From positions 800,001 through 864,000 of the forward strand of contig OZ244991.1 of the NCBI GenBank assembly GCA_965223335.1: a DNA stretch of 64,000 nt, given 5' to 3'. Below are positions 10,690-19,569 of this stretch, one piece after another. This DNA is from Thermodesulfobacteriota bacterium (lineage in GTDB: Bacteria; Desulfobacterota_D; UBA1144; Nemesobacterales; UBA2774). Position numbers and translations under genes: made by a program. The notes beneath the pieces are model-generated. The model was not told the origin of the DNA. It did not search any database and was given only the letters and a program-made list of their open reading frames with translations. Position 1 is the stretch's first letter, and every line of letters begins with the position of its first letter.

Positions 10690-11715
10690 ATGATTCAGAG
10701 TACAGTATCAAGAGTAATTTGCACAACGGTTTTGGCTTTTATGCTTGCCATACCGACGGTATCGATGGCCGGACACGGTTTAGATCCTCTCATAGACCAG
10801 ACAGACCAGGCAACATCCAGGCTTATAAATTTCTGGGACCTGCGTATGGCGCGACAGACCTTTGTACAGGTCACTAATTATTCGCAGGGCAGAGCATTTG
10901 TCCATGTACAAATCTTTAATGTCGCTTCACCGGCTACAGTTTGCGAGGAAACAGACTTTGACGATTGGTACACCCCCGGCGACACACACGTATACGACCT
11001 GGGCAACCTTGTATCCAACAACGACGCTGACGGGTTAGGTTTAGTAGGCTTCTCTGCTCCTAATGCTGATTTGGATGAGGGATACGGCCTACTGGTTGTT
11101 TCAGAAACCTCCGGAGACGAAATCCTAATAGGTATGTTCAGGATCATCGACGGTGATGGTGATTTCGAGTACAGAACAAATGCTGCGGGTGAAGACCATA
11201 GAAATGTTAGTGGTAATGATTGGGACATAGCAGTCCTCAATTTCAACAATGTAGACGAAGCCAATCTGTCGGACGTAGTAGGGTTAGTTTATAAAGAGAC
11301 CGGTCTGAGTAGTGTCTTAGCCAGCCCGCTCATACAGGCAACTTTTGGTAATGCTACCGGTGATGTTGGCAGCCCACAACCTCAAATTCATATTTTCGAC
11401 GAGTTTGAAAGCCCCACATCCTGCAGCCCAACTACATTCGCATGTGCCCCCACATTGTTAGACAAGGGCATAGACAATTTCCACCCCAACTCTAAGGGCG
11501 AGGTTAATAGAATTTGTAACGACAGTGTGGATGTAGGGTGGCTCTATATGCCGTTTCAGAGATTCAACTGTTTTGACGATGATCCGGATTTTGGAAATTG
11601 TCAATTTTCTACTTTTTTCGTAGGATTTCTGGGCCTTAACAACGGTGACGGCACCGGTTCAATGGACTCGTGGTGGACACCTGGTGTATTTGATGAAACA
11701 CCAGTTGGACCATAA
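10690..11715 (+). CDS. Secreted acidic Cys-containing protein A1 (unknown family; putative surface protein)
   Basis: Strong SD, Sec-type signal peptide, motif TFVQVTN..VHVQIF..C.E.DFDD.YTPGDTHVYDLGNL shared with A2, B1 and B2. Confidence 0.85.
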   Translation: MIQSTVSRVICTTVLAFMLAIPTVSMAGHGLDPLIDQTDQATSRLINFWDLRMARQTFVQVTNYSQGRAFVHVQIFNVASPATVCEETDFDDWYTPGDTHVYDLGNLVSNNDADGLGLVGFSAPNADLDEGYGLLVVSETSGDEILIGMFRIIDGDGDFEYRTNAAGEDHRNVSGNDWDIAVLNFNNVDEANLSDVVGLVYKETGLSSVLASPLIQATFGNATGDVGSPQPQIHIFDEFESPTSCSPTTFACAPTLLDKGIDNFHPNSKGEVNRICNDSVDVGWLYMPFQRFNCFDDDPDFGNCQFSTFFVGFLGLNNGDGTGSMDSWWTPGVFDETPVGP

Positions 11716-11770
11716 ATATCAAATGAAAATAAAAAACAAAATGATGAATAAAATTAAGGAGGAAACTCGG

Positions 11771-13747
11771 ATGATTAAAAAATCCCTAACAGCAGTATTA
11801 CTGCTCATGCTTGTGGGCTTTGCTTATGTAAGCCCTGCAATGAGCCAGATTGGTACAGATAACCTCTTCTGTCCGGCTGTGCCTAACGACACAGGCTGGC
11901 TAGAAGTACAGATCCCAAACCCCGCACAGGCCGACTTTACCGCTGGACTCATAGGTACGGTAGAGGGTTTTGCGGGTTCTGCAGTGGGTGGTTTGGACTG
12001 GATGCATAACAACGATACATTTGATCCATTCTTTCCAAACTTCAACGCTAACCCCACACCTACCACAGACAGCGGCTCACAGCTTGTGACCTGGTGGACA
12101 CAGGCAGACAGCCGCAACACCTCTGTGCAGGTTACAAATACAAACGTCTTCTCGGGCATAAACGTCCACGTGCGTATATTGGATGCAAACTGTGTAGAGA
12201 TTCGTAACTTCTGTGATGCTTACACCCCTGGGGACACTCACGTGTATGACCTGGGCAACTTGGTAAGCAACGCAGGTGCACCGATAGCCGACGAAAACCT
12301 ACAGGGCAAAGAGGGTATATTGGTAGTAACCTCGGTAAACGGATGTCCCAACCCTGATGAGGCTATAGAGCATGACTACCTAACAGGTCAGACGGTTATC
12401 GTAGACTCTCAGGACTACATGTATGGAGTAAACATGTATGCCCGTCAGGCATTCTGTGACGAGGCCGGGGAAGTGAACATAATCAATAACGGCAGCTTCC
12501 AGAGTGGTGATCTTACCGGGTGGTTTGGAGCACAATTTACTCAACCACCATTACCCTTTGGTGTTATCGATCGAACAGGCATATCCCCCAACTTTGCAGC
12601 ACCGCCTGCAACACCTCCGGACCCGGCTAATGATTTCTATGCATTTGTAGCACAATCCGATCTCAGTCTTTTTTATGGTGGAGGTTCTTTCGGTGGATTC
12701 CCTCCTACAGGGTTAGCAACGACAGACCTCTTTGTTGGTTTTGGTCCTCCATTGAGTGGTGCTGAAACCAACACAACCGTATTGCAAAGTGCCAACATCC
12801 CTGTCACCACCACTTCACTTGGAAATCTCATCACATATAATGCTGCGATATTAAGTGGAGGCCCTGTAAACACCTGTACTTCAGCGCATGCCGTGATTCT
12901 GATAGACCCAACAGGGGCAGCAGGAAACCCACAGATGGTTGATGCTAACTGTTATTACGACCCGTTTTATCTTAACCCCCCAACCTCTATCAACCTTATT
13001 AACAATGGTGTTGCAACTAGACCATGCACAGCTTTACCAACAAATGCTACCTCATACGCACTAGGAGCGTTCACGTTCCCTATGGGCAGTTCCTCGTTTA
13101 TAAACGACACACTTACTGTCCCGGGTCCTGGCAATTATGTATTGCAAGTAGTTACAATGCAATCGTTTGGTTTAGATTGTCTGGTTGATTTTGATTCAGC
13201 TATCCTCGTAGACAACTTCCAGTTCTTAGAACCGTTTGTATGTTTCGAGGGCATAACTCCACTAGACGGAGTTAACTCCTTCTTGGATATAGTAGACCCG
13301 ACTATCCTCGCAGGCCAGTTTAATGTACAGACCGGTGCTGCAGGTGGAGACGTAGCGCTTATCTCTTTTATAGACGACTACGGTCCCCCATACCGCGCAG
13401 TAGCAGCAGCAACAGACACTGCAGTGGGTATATGGGACGACACAGAAGACTTCTCAAGCTGTGGCGACGTACCGGTGTGCTTCTTAAGGTTGGGTGTGGA
13501 CGAAGCAGTAGTGGCCAGTCAGGACTTTGTAGTAGCCCCGACACTAGGGCCGACACTGCCACCGACAACACCTCCTACACTGGGACCGACCTCTACACCT
13601 ACGAATCCGCCTAGCGGAAGTGGGAGTGGAAGCTGTGCAATAGCAGCTAGCCCAGTAGAGCTTGGAAGCGGACTAGCCAACGTACTTATCCCGCTTGTAC
13701 CAGTAGCGTTTGTATTCGGGGTAAGAAGACTGCGGCGGAGGAAGTAA
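11771..13747 (+). CDS. Surface-anchored protein B1: A-like scaffold, variable jelly-roll-like insert, Pro/Thr stalk, Cys-TM-basic C-terminal anchor
   Basis: SD AAGGAGG precedes ATG 11771 (ORF-track start 11645 rejected). Signal peptide; PTLGPTLPPTTPP stalk; GSGSGSCAIA...LIPLVPVAFVFGVRRLRRRK tail. Confidence 0.85.
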   Translation: MIKKSLTAVLLLMLVGFAYVSPAMSQIGTDNLFCPAVPNDTGWLEVQIPNPAQADFTAGLIGTVEGFAGSAVGGLDWMHNNDTFDPFFPNFNANPTPTTDSGSQLVTWWTQADSRNTSVQVTNTNVFSGINVHVRILDANCVEIRNFCDAYTPGDTHVYDLGNLVSNAGAPIADENLQGKEGILVVTSVNGCPNPDEAIEHDYLTGQTVIVDSQDYMYGVNMYARQAFCDEAGEVNIINNGSFQSGDLTGWFGAQFTQPPLPFGVIDRTGISPNFAAPPATPPDPANDFYAFVAQSDLSLFYGGGSFGGFPPTGLATTDLFVGFGPPLSGAETNTTVLQSANIPVTTTSLGNLITYNAAILSGGPVNTCTSAHAVILIDPTGAAGNPQMVDANCYYDPFYLNPPTSINLINNGVATRPCTALPTNATSYALGAFTFPMGSSSFINDTLTVPGPGNYVLQVVTMQSFGLDCLVDFDSAILVDNFQFLEPFVCFEGITPLDGVNSFLDIVDPTILAGQFNVQTGAAGGDVALISFIDDYGPPYRAVAAATDTAVGIWDDTEDFSSCGDVPVCFLRLGVDEAVVASQDFVVAPTLGPTLPPTTPPTLGPTSTPTNPPSGSGSGSCAIAASPVELGSGLANVLIPLVPVAFVFGVRRLRRRK

Positions 13748-13837
13748 TGGGGACCGCAAGGAAGCAGTTTTATCGCGACCGACAGGGTATAAATGGGGTC
13801 GTGGGAAAGAAGTAGCATTAACATAAGAAATACAAAG

Positions 13838-13871
13838 TAACAGGGTAGGAAATTACTCGCCTACCCTGTTA
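13838..13871 (+). terminator. 12-bp stem-loop downstream of B1 (terminator or stabilising hairpin)
   Basis: taacagggtagg / cctaccctgtta perfect inverted repeat; weak U tract. Confidence 0.55.
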
Positions 13872-13907
13872 TTAAACAAAAGTTATGAAAGTCCATTCAA
13901 TGGGCAA

Positions 13908-14012
13908 GTCCTTCTTTGGACTGGATGAGTGGCGGGGATATAGTCGAGTATAACCCGGTCATTCTGTCCTTCCTTCTGAATTACGGCGGGGGCCTTGGTT
14001 CCCGCCGTTTTC
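13908..14012 (+). ncRNA. Putative structured small RNA, copy 1 (ends in an intrinsic terminator)
   Basis: 56-nt core 13922-13977 is identical to 17315-17370. Folds by eye into a long hairpin, then a CU-rich tract, then acggcgggg/ttcccgccgt plus T tract. Strand inferred from the terminator. Confidence 0.55.
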
Positions 14013-14170
14013 TTATTACTTACCTATAATTAAGAACTTTCCCTTCTAATTATGACAATCCGGTAATTATTATTTACATATTTATGCAAAATGTTGTATA
14101 ATTGCGCTTAGAATTATGTATTGTGCAAAAGAGTTATATAAAAAGACTTTAGTCAAAGGAGGAATTAAGG

Positions 14171-15205
14171 ATGATTAAGAGTACAGTATCAAGAGTAATT
14201 TGCTTAGCCTTTATAGCTGTGTTTGCGTTCATGCCGATATTACCAAATGATGCAAACGCACAATTTGCCGAAACAATAGACCAGACCGACCAGGCCACCG
14301 ATAGGATGGTTGTGTTCTGGGATATGCGTATGGCGCGCCAGACCTTTGTACAGGTGACTAATACTTCAGTATTTTTCTCATTAGTTCACGTACAAATTTT
14401 TAATGTCACATCTCCCGCAGTCGTTTGCGAGGAAACGGACTTTGACGATCAGTACACTGCCGGGGACACACACGTATACGACCTAGGCAACCTGATATCC
14501 AATAGTGATGCTGACGGTCTGCCCGGTCCAGGGTTTTCTGCCCCCGCTGCTGACTTGGACGAGGGATACGGGTTATTTGTTGTATCGCAAACAGGTGGTT
14601 TTAACGACCTAATTGGCATGTTCAGGATCATAGACGGCGACGGCGATTATGAGTACAGGACAAACGCCGCCGGTGAGGAAATTTTCTTTAGGATCGGAGA
14701 TAATCTTTGGAACATAGGGGACATCAACTTCAATGATGTTGACGGTTCTAACCTGTCCGACGTAGTAGGTCTTGTATACAGAAGCACAGGCAGCGATTCT
14801 GTGGTTGCCGGCCCGCTTGTACAGGCTACATTCGGCAATGCTACAGGGGACGTTGGCAGTGGAGACCCTCAGATCCATATATTCGACGAATTCGAGAGCC
14901 CCACATCCTGCAGCCCAACGGTGTTTGCATGCGCCCCGACACAGCTAGACAAGGGCATAGACAACTTCCACCCCAACTCCAAGGGTGAGGTTAACCGTAT
15001 ATGCAACGACAGCGTAGATGTAGGATGGCTCTACATGCCGTTCCGTGGTATTAGATGTTTTGACGTCGATCCTATAGACGGGATTTGCCCTATTTTTTCT
15101 GAATTTTTTGTAGGCTATATAGGGCTCAACAACGGCAACGGCACCGGATCCATGGACTCGTGGTGGACACCTGGGATATTTGATGAATCACCAATAATGA
15201 ACTAA
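14171..15205 (+). CDS. Secreted acidic Cys-containing protein A2 (paralogue of A1)
   Basis: Same RBS as A1; long identical blocks such as QIHIFDEFESPTSCSPT, DKGIDNFHPNSKGEVNRICNDSVDVGWLYMPF and GTGSMDSWWTPG. Confidence 0.85.
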   Translation: MIKSTVSRVICLAFIAVFAFMPILPNDANAQFAETIDQTDQATDRMVVFWDMRMARQTFVQVTNTSVFFSLVHVQIFNVTSPAVVCEETDFDDQYTAGDTHVYDLGNLISNSDADGLPGPGFSAPAADLDEGYGLFVVSQTGGFNDLIGMFRIIDGDGDYEYRTNAAGEEIFFRIGDNLWNIGDINFNDVDGSNLSDVVGLVYRSTGSDSVVAGPLVQATFGNATGDVGSGDPQIHIFDEFESPTSCSPTVFACAPTQLDKGIDNFHPNSKGEVNRICNDSVDVGWLYMPFRGIRCFDVDPIDGICPIFSEFFVGYIGLNNGNGTGSMDSWWTPGIFDESPIMN

Positions 15206-15280
15206 GCATTAAAACAATGGATCGAGAATCAAATGATATATCAAAAACAAAAGACGAATAAAATTAAGGAGGAAACTCGG

Positions 15281-17236
15281 ATGATTAAAAAATCCATAAC
15301 AGCAATAATGGTGCTGGTACTGATGGGTTTAGTATATATCCCTCAGGCCCAGGCCCAAATTGGTACAGACAACCTCTTCTGTCCGGCTGTGCCTAACGAC
15401 ACAGGGTGGCTAGAGGTACAGATCCCAAACCCGGCTCAGGCCGACTTTACCGCAGGCCTCATAGGTACGGTAGAGGGTTTTGCGGGCTCTGCAGTGGGTG
15501 GTTTGGACTGGATGCATAACAACGACGATTTTGCACCGTTCTTCCCATTCTTTAACGCTAACCCCACACCTACCACAGACAGCGGCTCACAGCTTGTGAC
15601 CTGGTGGACACAGGCAGACAGCCGCAACACCTCTGTGCAGGTAACAAACTCAAATGTAAACGATAGTATAAACGTCCACGTGCGTATACTGGATGCAAAC
15701 TGTGTAGAGATTCGTAACTTCTGCGATGCTTACACCCCCGGGGACACTCATGTGTACGACCTGGGCAACCTGGTAAGTAACGCAGGTGCACCGATAGCCG
15801 ACGAAAACCTACAGGGTAAAGAGGGTATATTGGTAGTAACCTCGGTAAACGGATGTCCCAACCCTGATGAGGCTATAGAGCATGACTATCTAACTGGTCA
15901 GACGGTTATCGTGGATTCCCAGGACTACATGTATGGAGTAAACATGTATGCCCGTCAGGCATTCTGTGACGAGGCCGGGGAGATGAACATAATTCTAAAC
16001 GGCAGTTTCCAGACTGGGGACTTTTTCAATGATCCTTTATTGGCGCCGGTATGGTTTGTATCACAAGGAGCGGGTAGTTCATCAGGCGTGATAGACAGTA
16101 CGGGGATATCCCCTAACCTAGCAGCACCACCTGCATCACCACCTGATCCTGCAAATGACTTTTATGCATTTGTAGCGGAAACCCCGGGGTCAGCTGCTAC
16201 TTATACTGGAGGTACTTTCAACCCTCAACTAGCATCCGGAAATTTAAGTGATAACATTACCACTGAACAGAATATAACTGTATTACAGAGTGCTAATTTC
16301 ACAACAACTAATGGTGGACCTTTGACATACGATGCCTCTATTTTATCCTCAGCAGTTGTCCCAGTTGTCAGTTGTGATGCATTATATGCGGTGGTTCTAA
16401 TAGACACATCCATACCTGAGATGATTGATGCTAACTGTTATGGTGACGCGATTCTTGGTTTCCCATTAACCTTCAATCGAATAACCAATGGCGGAGGTCA
16501 GGTCGGCCCTCCGGTAGTATGCCAATCCTTACCCACTGATGGCATTGTTTACGCACTCGGCGGTTTTACATTCCCAAACGGTCATTCTTCGTACGTAAGT
16601 GATACACTACAGGCACCGGCAAACAGTTCACTAGCCCTTCAGGTCATCACGATACAGGATGGAGATTGTGTTGCTGGTGAAGATTCTGCTGTTCTGGTAG
16701 ATAACTTCCAGTTGCTTGAGCCGATCCAGTGCTTCGAGGGCTTAACCCCATTAGACGGAGTAACCTCGTTCTTGGATATCGTAGACCCGACTATCCTTGC
16801 AGGCCAGTTTAATGTACAGACCGGCTCGGCGGGTGGAGACGTAGCACTTATCTCCTTTATAGACGACTACGGTCCCCCATACCGCGCAGTAGCAGCAGCA
16901 ACAGACACCGCAGTGGGCATATGGGACGATACAGAGGACTTCTCAAGCTGTGGCGACGTACCGGTGTGCTTCTTAAGGTTAGGTGTGGACGAAGCAGTAG
17001 TGGCCAGTCAGGACTTTGTAGTAGCCCCGACACTAGGGCCGACACCGCCACCGACAACACCACCTACACTGGGACCGACCTCTACACCTACGAATCCGCC
17101 TAGCGGAAGTGGGAGCGGAAGCTGTGCAATAGCAGCTAGCCCTGTAGAGCTTGGAAGCGGACTAGCCAACGTACTTATCCCACTAATACCGGTAGCGTTT
17201 GTATTCGGGGTAAGAAGGCTCCGCAGAAAGAAGTAG
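15281..17236 (+). CDS. Surface-anchored protein B2 (paralogue of B1 with a different central insert)
   Basis: Leader aaattaaggaggaaactcggATG identical to B1; near-identical N- and C-terminal thirds; divergent middle. Confidence 0.85.
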   Translation: MIKKSITAIMVLVLMGLVYIPQAQAQIGTDNLFCPAVPNDTGWLEVQIPNPAQADFTAGLIGTVEGFAGSAVGGLDWMHNNDDFAPFFPFFNANPTPTTDSGSQLVTWWTQADSRNTSVQVTNSNVNDSINVHVRILDANCVEIRNFCDAYTPGDTHVYDLGNLVSNAGAPIADENLQGKEGILVVTSVNGCPNPDEAIEHDYLTGQTVIVDSQDYMYGVNMYARQAFCDEAGEMNIILNGSFQTGDFFNDPLLAPVWFVSQGAGSSSGVIDSTGISPNLAAPPASPPDPANDFYAFVAETPGSAATYTGGTFNPQLASGNLSDNITTEQNITVLQSANFTTTNGGPLTYDASILSSAVVPVVSCDALYAVVLIDTSIPEMIDANCYGDAILGFPLTFNRITNGGGQVGPPVVCQSLPTDGIVYALGGFTFPNGHSSYVSDTLQAPANSSLALQVITIQDGDCVAGEDSAVLVDNFQLLEPIQCFEGLTPLDGVTSFLDIVDPTILAGQFNVQTGSAGGDVALISFIDDYGPPYRAVAAATDTAVGIWDDTEDFSSCGDVPVCFLRLGVDEAVVASQDFVVAPTLGPTPPPTTPPTLGPTSTPTNPPSGSGSGSCAIAASPVELGSGLANVLIPLIPVAFVFGVRRLRRKK

Positions 17237-17262
17237 AAGTAACAATTTAAACAACAAGATGA

Positions 17263-17286
17263 AAGCAAGGTCGCAAAACCTTGCTT
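17263..17286 (+). terminator. Stem-loop downstream of B2
   Basis: aagcaaggt / accttgctt inverted repeat; same relative position as the B1 hairpin but unrelated sequence. Confidence 0.45.
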
Positions 17287-17299
17287 CCATTATTAAAAT

Positions 17300-17406
17300 G
17301 TCCTTTTTTGGACGTGGATGAGTGGCGGGGATATAGTCGAGTATAACCCGGTCATTCTGTCCTTCCTTCTTAAAAACGGCGGGGGCCCAGTTCCCGCCGT
17401 TTTTTT
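17300..17406 (+). ncRNA. Putative structured small RNA, copy 2; its terminator probably also serves convergent typA
   Basis: Identical 56-nt core; aaaaacggcggggg...ttcccgccgttttttt has A and T tracts on both sides (bidirectional terminator). Confidence 0.55.
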
Positions 17407-17448
17407 ATTGTGCAATTGAAAATTAGTTTATAGTCAGTCGATTACAAC

Positions 17449-19278
17449 TCATGGTGAGTTTTTCTTTTCTCTCTTTAGGGCAGTTGCCCTTTTGGCAGCA
17501 TCCAGCTCCATTTTTCTTAGTCGTTCGCTTGTAGGTGTAACTTCGACCAATTCGTCTTCTGCAATAAACTCGATGGCTTGATCCAAAGACAACGGCCTCG
17601 GGGGCCTTAACACCACTGTGGTCTCGGCGGTAGAGCTCCTCATGTTGGTCAGCTTTTTCTCTTTGGTTATATTCACGTTCAGATCCCCGCTTCTATTCCT
17701 CTCGCCCACTATCATGCCCTCGAACACTTTTGTACCCACATCCACAAACAACTCGCCCCTGTCCGCCATGGCAAGGCATGCATAGGTAGTAACCTTGCCG
17801 GCTCTATCAGCCACAAGCGCACCCGATAGTCTTTGAGGAATCGGGCCGTACCACGGTTCGTATGCCTCGAATATACTGTTCATCACTCCTGCCCCTTTTG
17901 TGGCTATCTGAAACTGGCTCCTAAACCCTATCAATCCCCTGGATGCGATGACAAATTCAATATCGACTCTACCATTTGCATTGTTATGCATATTTACCAT
18001 TTTGCCTTTTCTGGCTGCCACACTCTCTGTGATAATCCCTATATGCTCTTCTGGCACGTCTACAAATATGCGTTCGACCGGCTCGTGCACTTTGCCGTCA
18101 ATAAGCTTCGTGATAACAGTCGGCTTCGAGACCGTGAATTCATAGCCCTCTCTACGCATCATCTCGATTAAAACAACCATTTGAAGCTCACCCCGTCCCG
18201 ACACCTCGAATGCATCGGCCCTGTCGGTGTCATTAACTTGGATCGCGACATTGCCCAACATCTCTCTTTCCAGTCTTTCCCTTAGGTGTCTCGATGTAAG
18301 GAATTTGCCTTCCGTCCCTGCAAACGGGCCGTCGTTCACATAAAAGATCATCGATATCGTAGGCTCGTCCACCTGGATACGCTCAAGCGCTCTCGGGTTC
18401 TCTAGATCGGATATGGTATCTCCAATTTTTATGTTCTCGTGGCCGGCTACAGCTGCTATATCACCCGATTCTACCAACTCTGTTTGTTTTTTCTCGAGTC
18501 CCTCAAATGTGTAAAGCGCCGATATCTTTATCGGAGTCCGAGACTCGGACTGCCCACACAACGTATACTGTTTGTTTGATTCCAGTGTACCGCCCATCAA
18601 CCGCCCTATTGCTATCCTCCCGACATAGTTATCGTAATCAAGGTTAGTCACAAGAAACTGTGTCAACTCAGTCTCGCCGGTATCGGGGCCGGGAATAGAA
18701 GTCACGATAGTTTCAAATAATGGAATAAGATTTGTGTGTATATCGGCTACATTATGACCCGATACCCCGGCCTTTGCGTTTGTGTACACTATTGGAAAAT
18801 CAATTTGATTGTCGCTAGCATCAAGCTCAATAAACAGGTCGTATACCTCGTCGATAACCTCTGGGGGCCGGGCGTCGCTCCTATCAATTTTGTTTAGTAC
18901 CAAGATTATCGGGAGTTTTTTTTCCAATGCTTTTTTAACTACAAAACGTGTCTGCGGCAGGGGCCCTTCACTGGCATCGACCAGCAGCAGTGCTCCGTCC
19001 ACCATGTTTAGGCTTCGTTCGACTTCACCACCAAAATCTGCATGCCCCGGTGTATCTACAATATTGATTTTTATATCTTCATAGACGAGTGCCGTATTTT
19101 TCGCCATTATTGTTATACCGCGTTCTTTCTCCAGGTCCATCGAATCCAATACCCTATCCTCGACCACTTGGTTATCGCGGAAAATGCCGCTTTGCTTAAG
19201 CATCGCATCCACCAAAGTAGTTTTCCCATGGTCCACATGGGCTATTATTGCAACATTTCTCAAAGTTTCTTTTCTCAT
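17449..19278 (-). CDS. typA: Translational GTPase TypA/BipA
   Basis: [47 protein letters not shown]. Confidence 0.97.
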   Translation of the reverse strand: MRKETLRNVAIIAHVDHGKTTLVDAMLKQSGIFRDNQVVEDRVLDSMDLEKERGITIMAKNTALVYEDIKINIVDTPGHADFGGEVERSLNMVDGALLLVDASEGPLPQTRFVVKKALEKKLPIILVLNKIDRSDARPPEVIDEVYDLFIELDASDNQIDFPIVYTNAKAGVSGHNVADIHTNLIPLFETIVTSIPGPDTGETELTQFLVTNLDYDNYVGRIAIGRLMGGTLESNKQYTLCGQSESRTPIKISALYTFEGLEKKQTELVESGDIAAVAGHENIKIGDTISDLENPRALERIQVDEPTISMIFYVNDGPFAGTEGKFLTSRHLRERLEREMLGNVAIQVNDTDRADAFEVSGRGELQMVVLIEMMRREGYEFTVSKPTVITKLIDGKVHEPVERIFVDVPEEHIGIITESVAARKGKMVNMHNNANGRVDIEFVIASRGLIGFRSQFQIATKGAGVMNSIFEAYEPWYGPIPQRLSGALVADRAGKVTTYACLAMADRGELFVDVGTKVFEGMIVGERNRSGDLNVNITKEKKLTNMRSSTAETTVVLRPPRPLSLDQAIEFIAEDELVEVTPTSERLRKMELDAAKRATALKREKKNSP

Positions 19279-19569
19279 TATTTTCTCTCTACTTGAACTA
19301 TATACACACTCCTCTTTCCGAAAGGCTCAAAATCGGCTCCAATCCTTTACCAAATATATTTTTTGACAACTAAAAAATGTATTGTAATTATTCAGACAAA
19401 ACCTTGTGTGTCCATAAGTTGTGATCTGGCAGTCTAAATTGCGAAAGTCCATTTATTAGACAAAAGTTATAAGCTGATTACATACTAAAGTCGCATTGAT
19501 GCATGTCCAGAATTATTATATAATCTGAGTAAGTTAGCATCATAAGGATCTGAGACAACAGAGAGAATA

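Larger units (their letters stand above)
10672..14012 (+). repeat. Tandem module copy 1 (A1-B1-ncRNA-terminator)
   Basis: Homology to copy 2 begins at the shared RBS tcaaaggaggaattaaggatgatt and ends at the shared terminator. Confidence 0.9.
14153..17406 (+). repeat. Tandem module copy 2 (A2-B2-ncRNA-terminator)
   Basis: Collinear paralogue of 10672-14012. Confidence 0.9.

Noticed and set aside
11645..11770. N-terminal extensions of B1 (and of B2, 15233-15280) given by the ORF track
   Set aside because: The strong SD, the signal peptide and the identity between copies all point to ATG 11771 and 15281.
13530..13620. Short repeats (ccgacac...) as a CRISPR array or VNTR
   Set aside because: They encode the Pro/Thr stalk; there is no repeat-spacer structure and no cas genes.
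13884..13952. Plus-strand small ORF through the conserved element (MKVHSMGKSFFGLDEWRGYSRV)
   Set aside because: The equivalent frame in copy 2 is broken by a 1-nt indel and stops early; no SD.
10690..17236. Diversity-generating retroelement (TR/VR pair) explaining the paralogue variation
   Set aside because: No reverse transcriptase ORF in the window. Differences include indels and many non-adenine substitutions, and both copies are intact genes. A remote DGR cannot be excluded.
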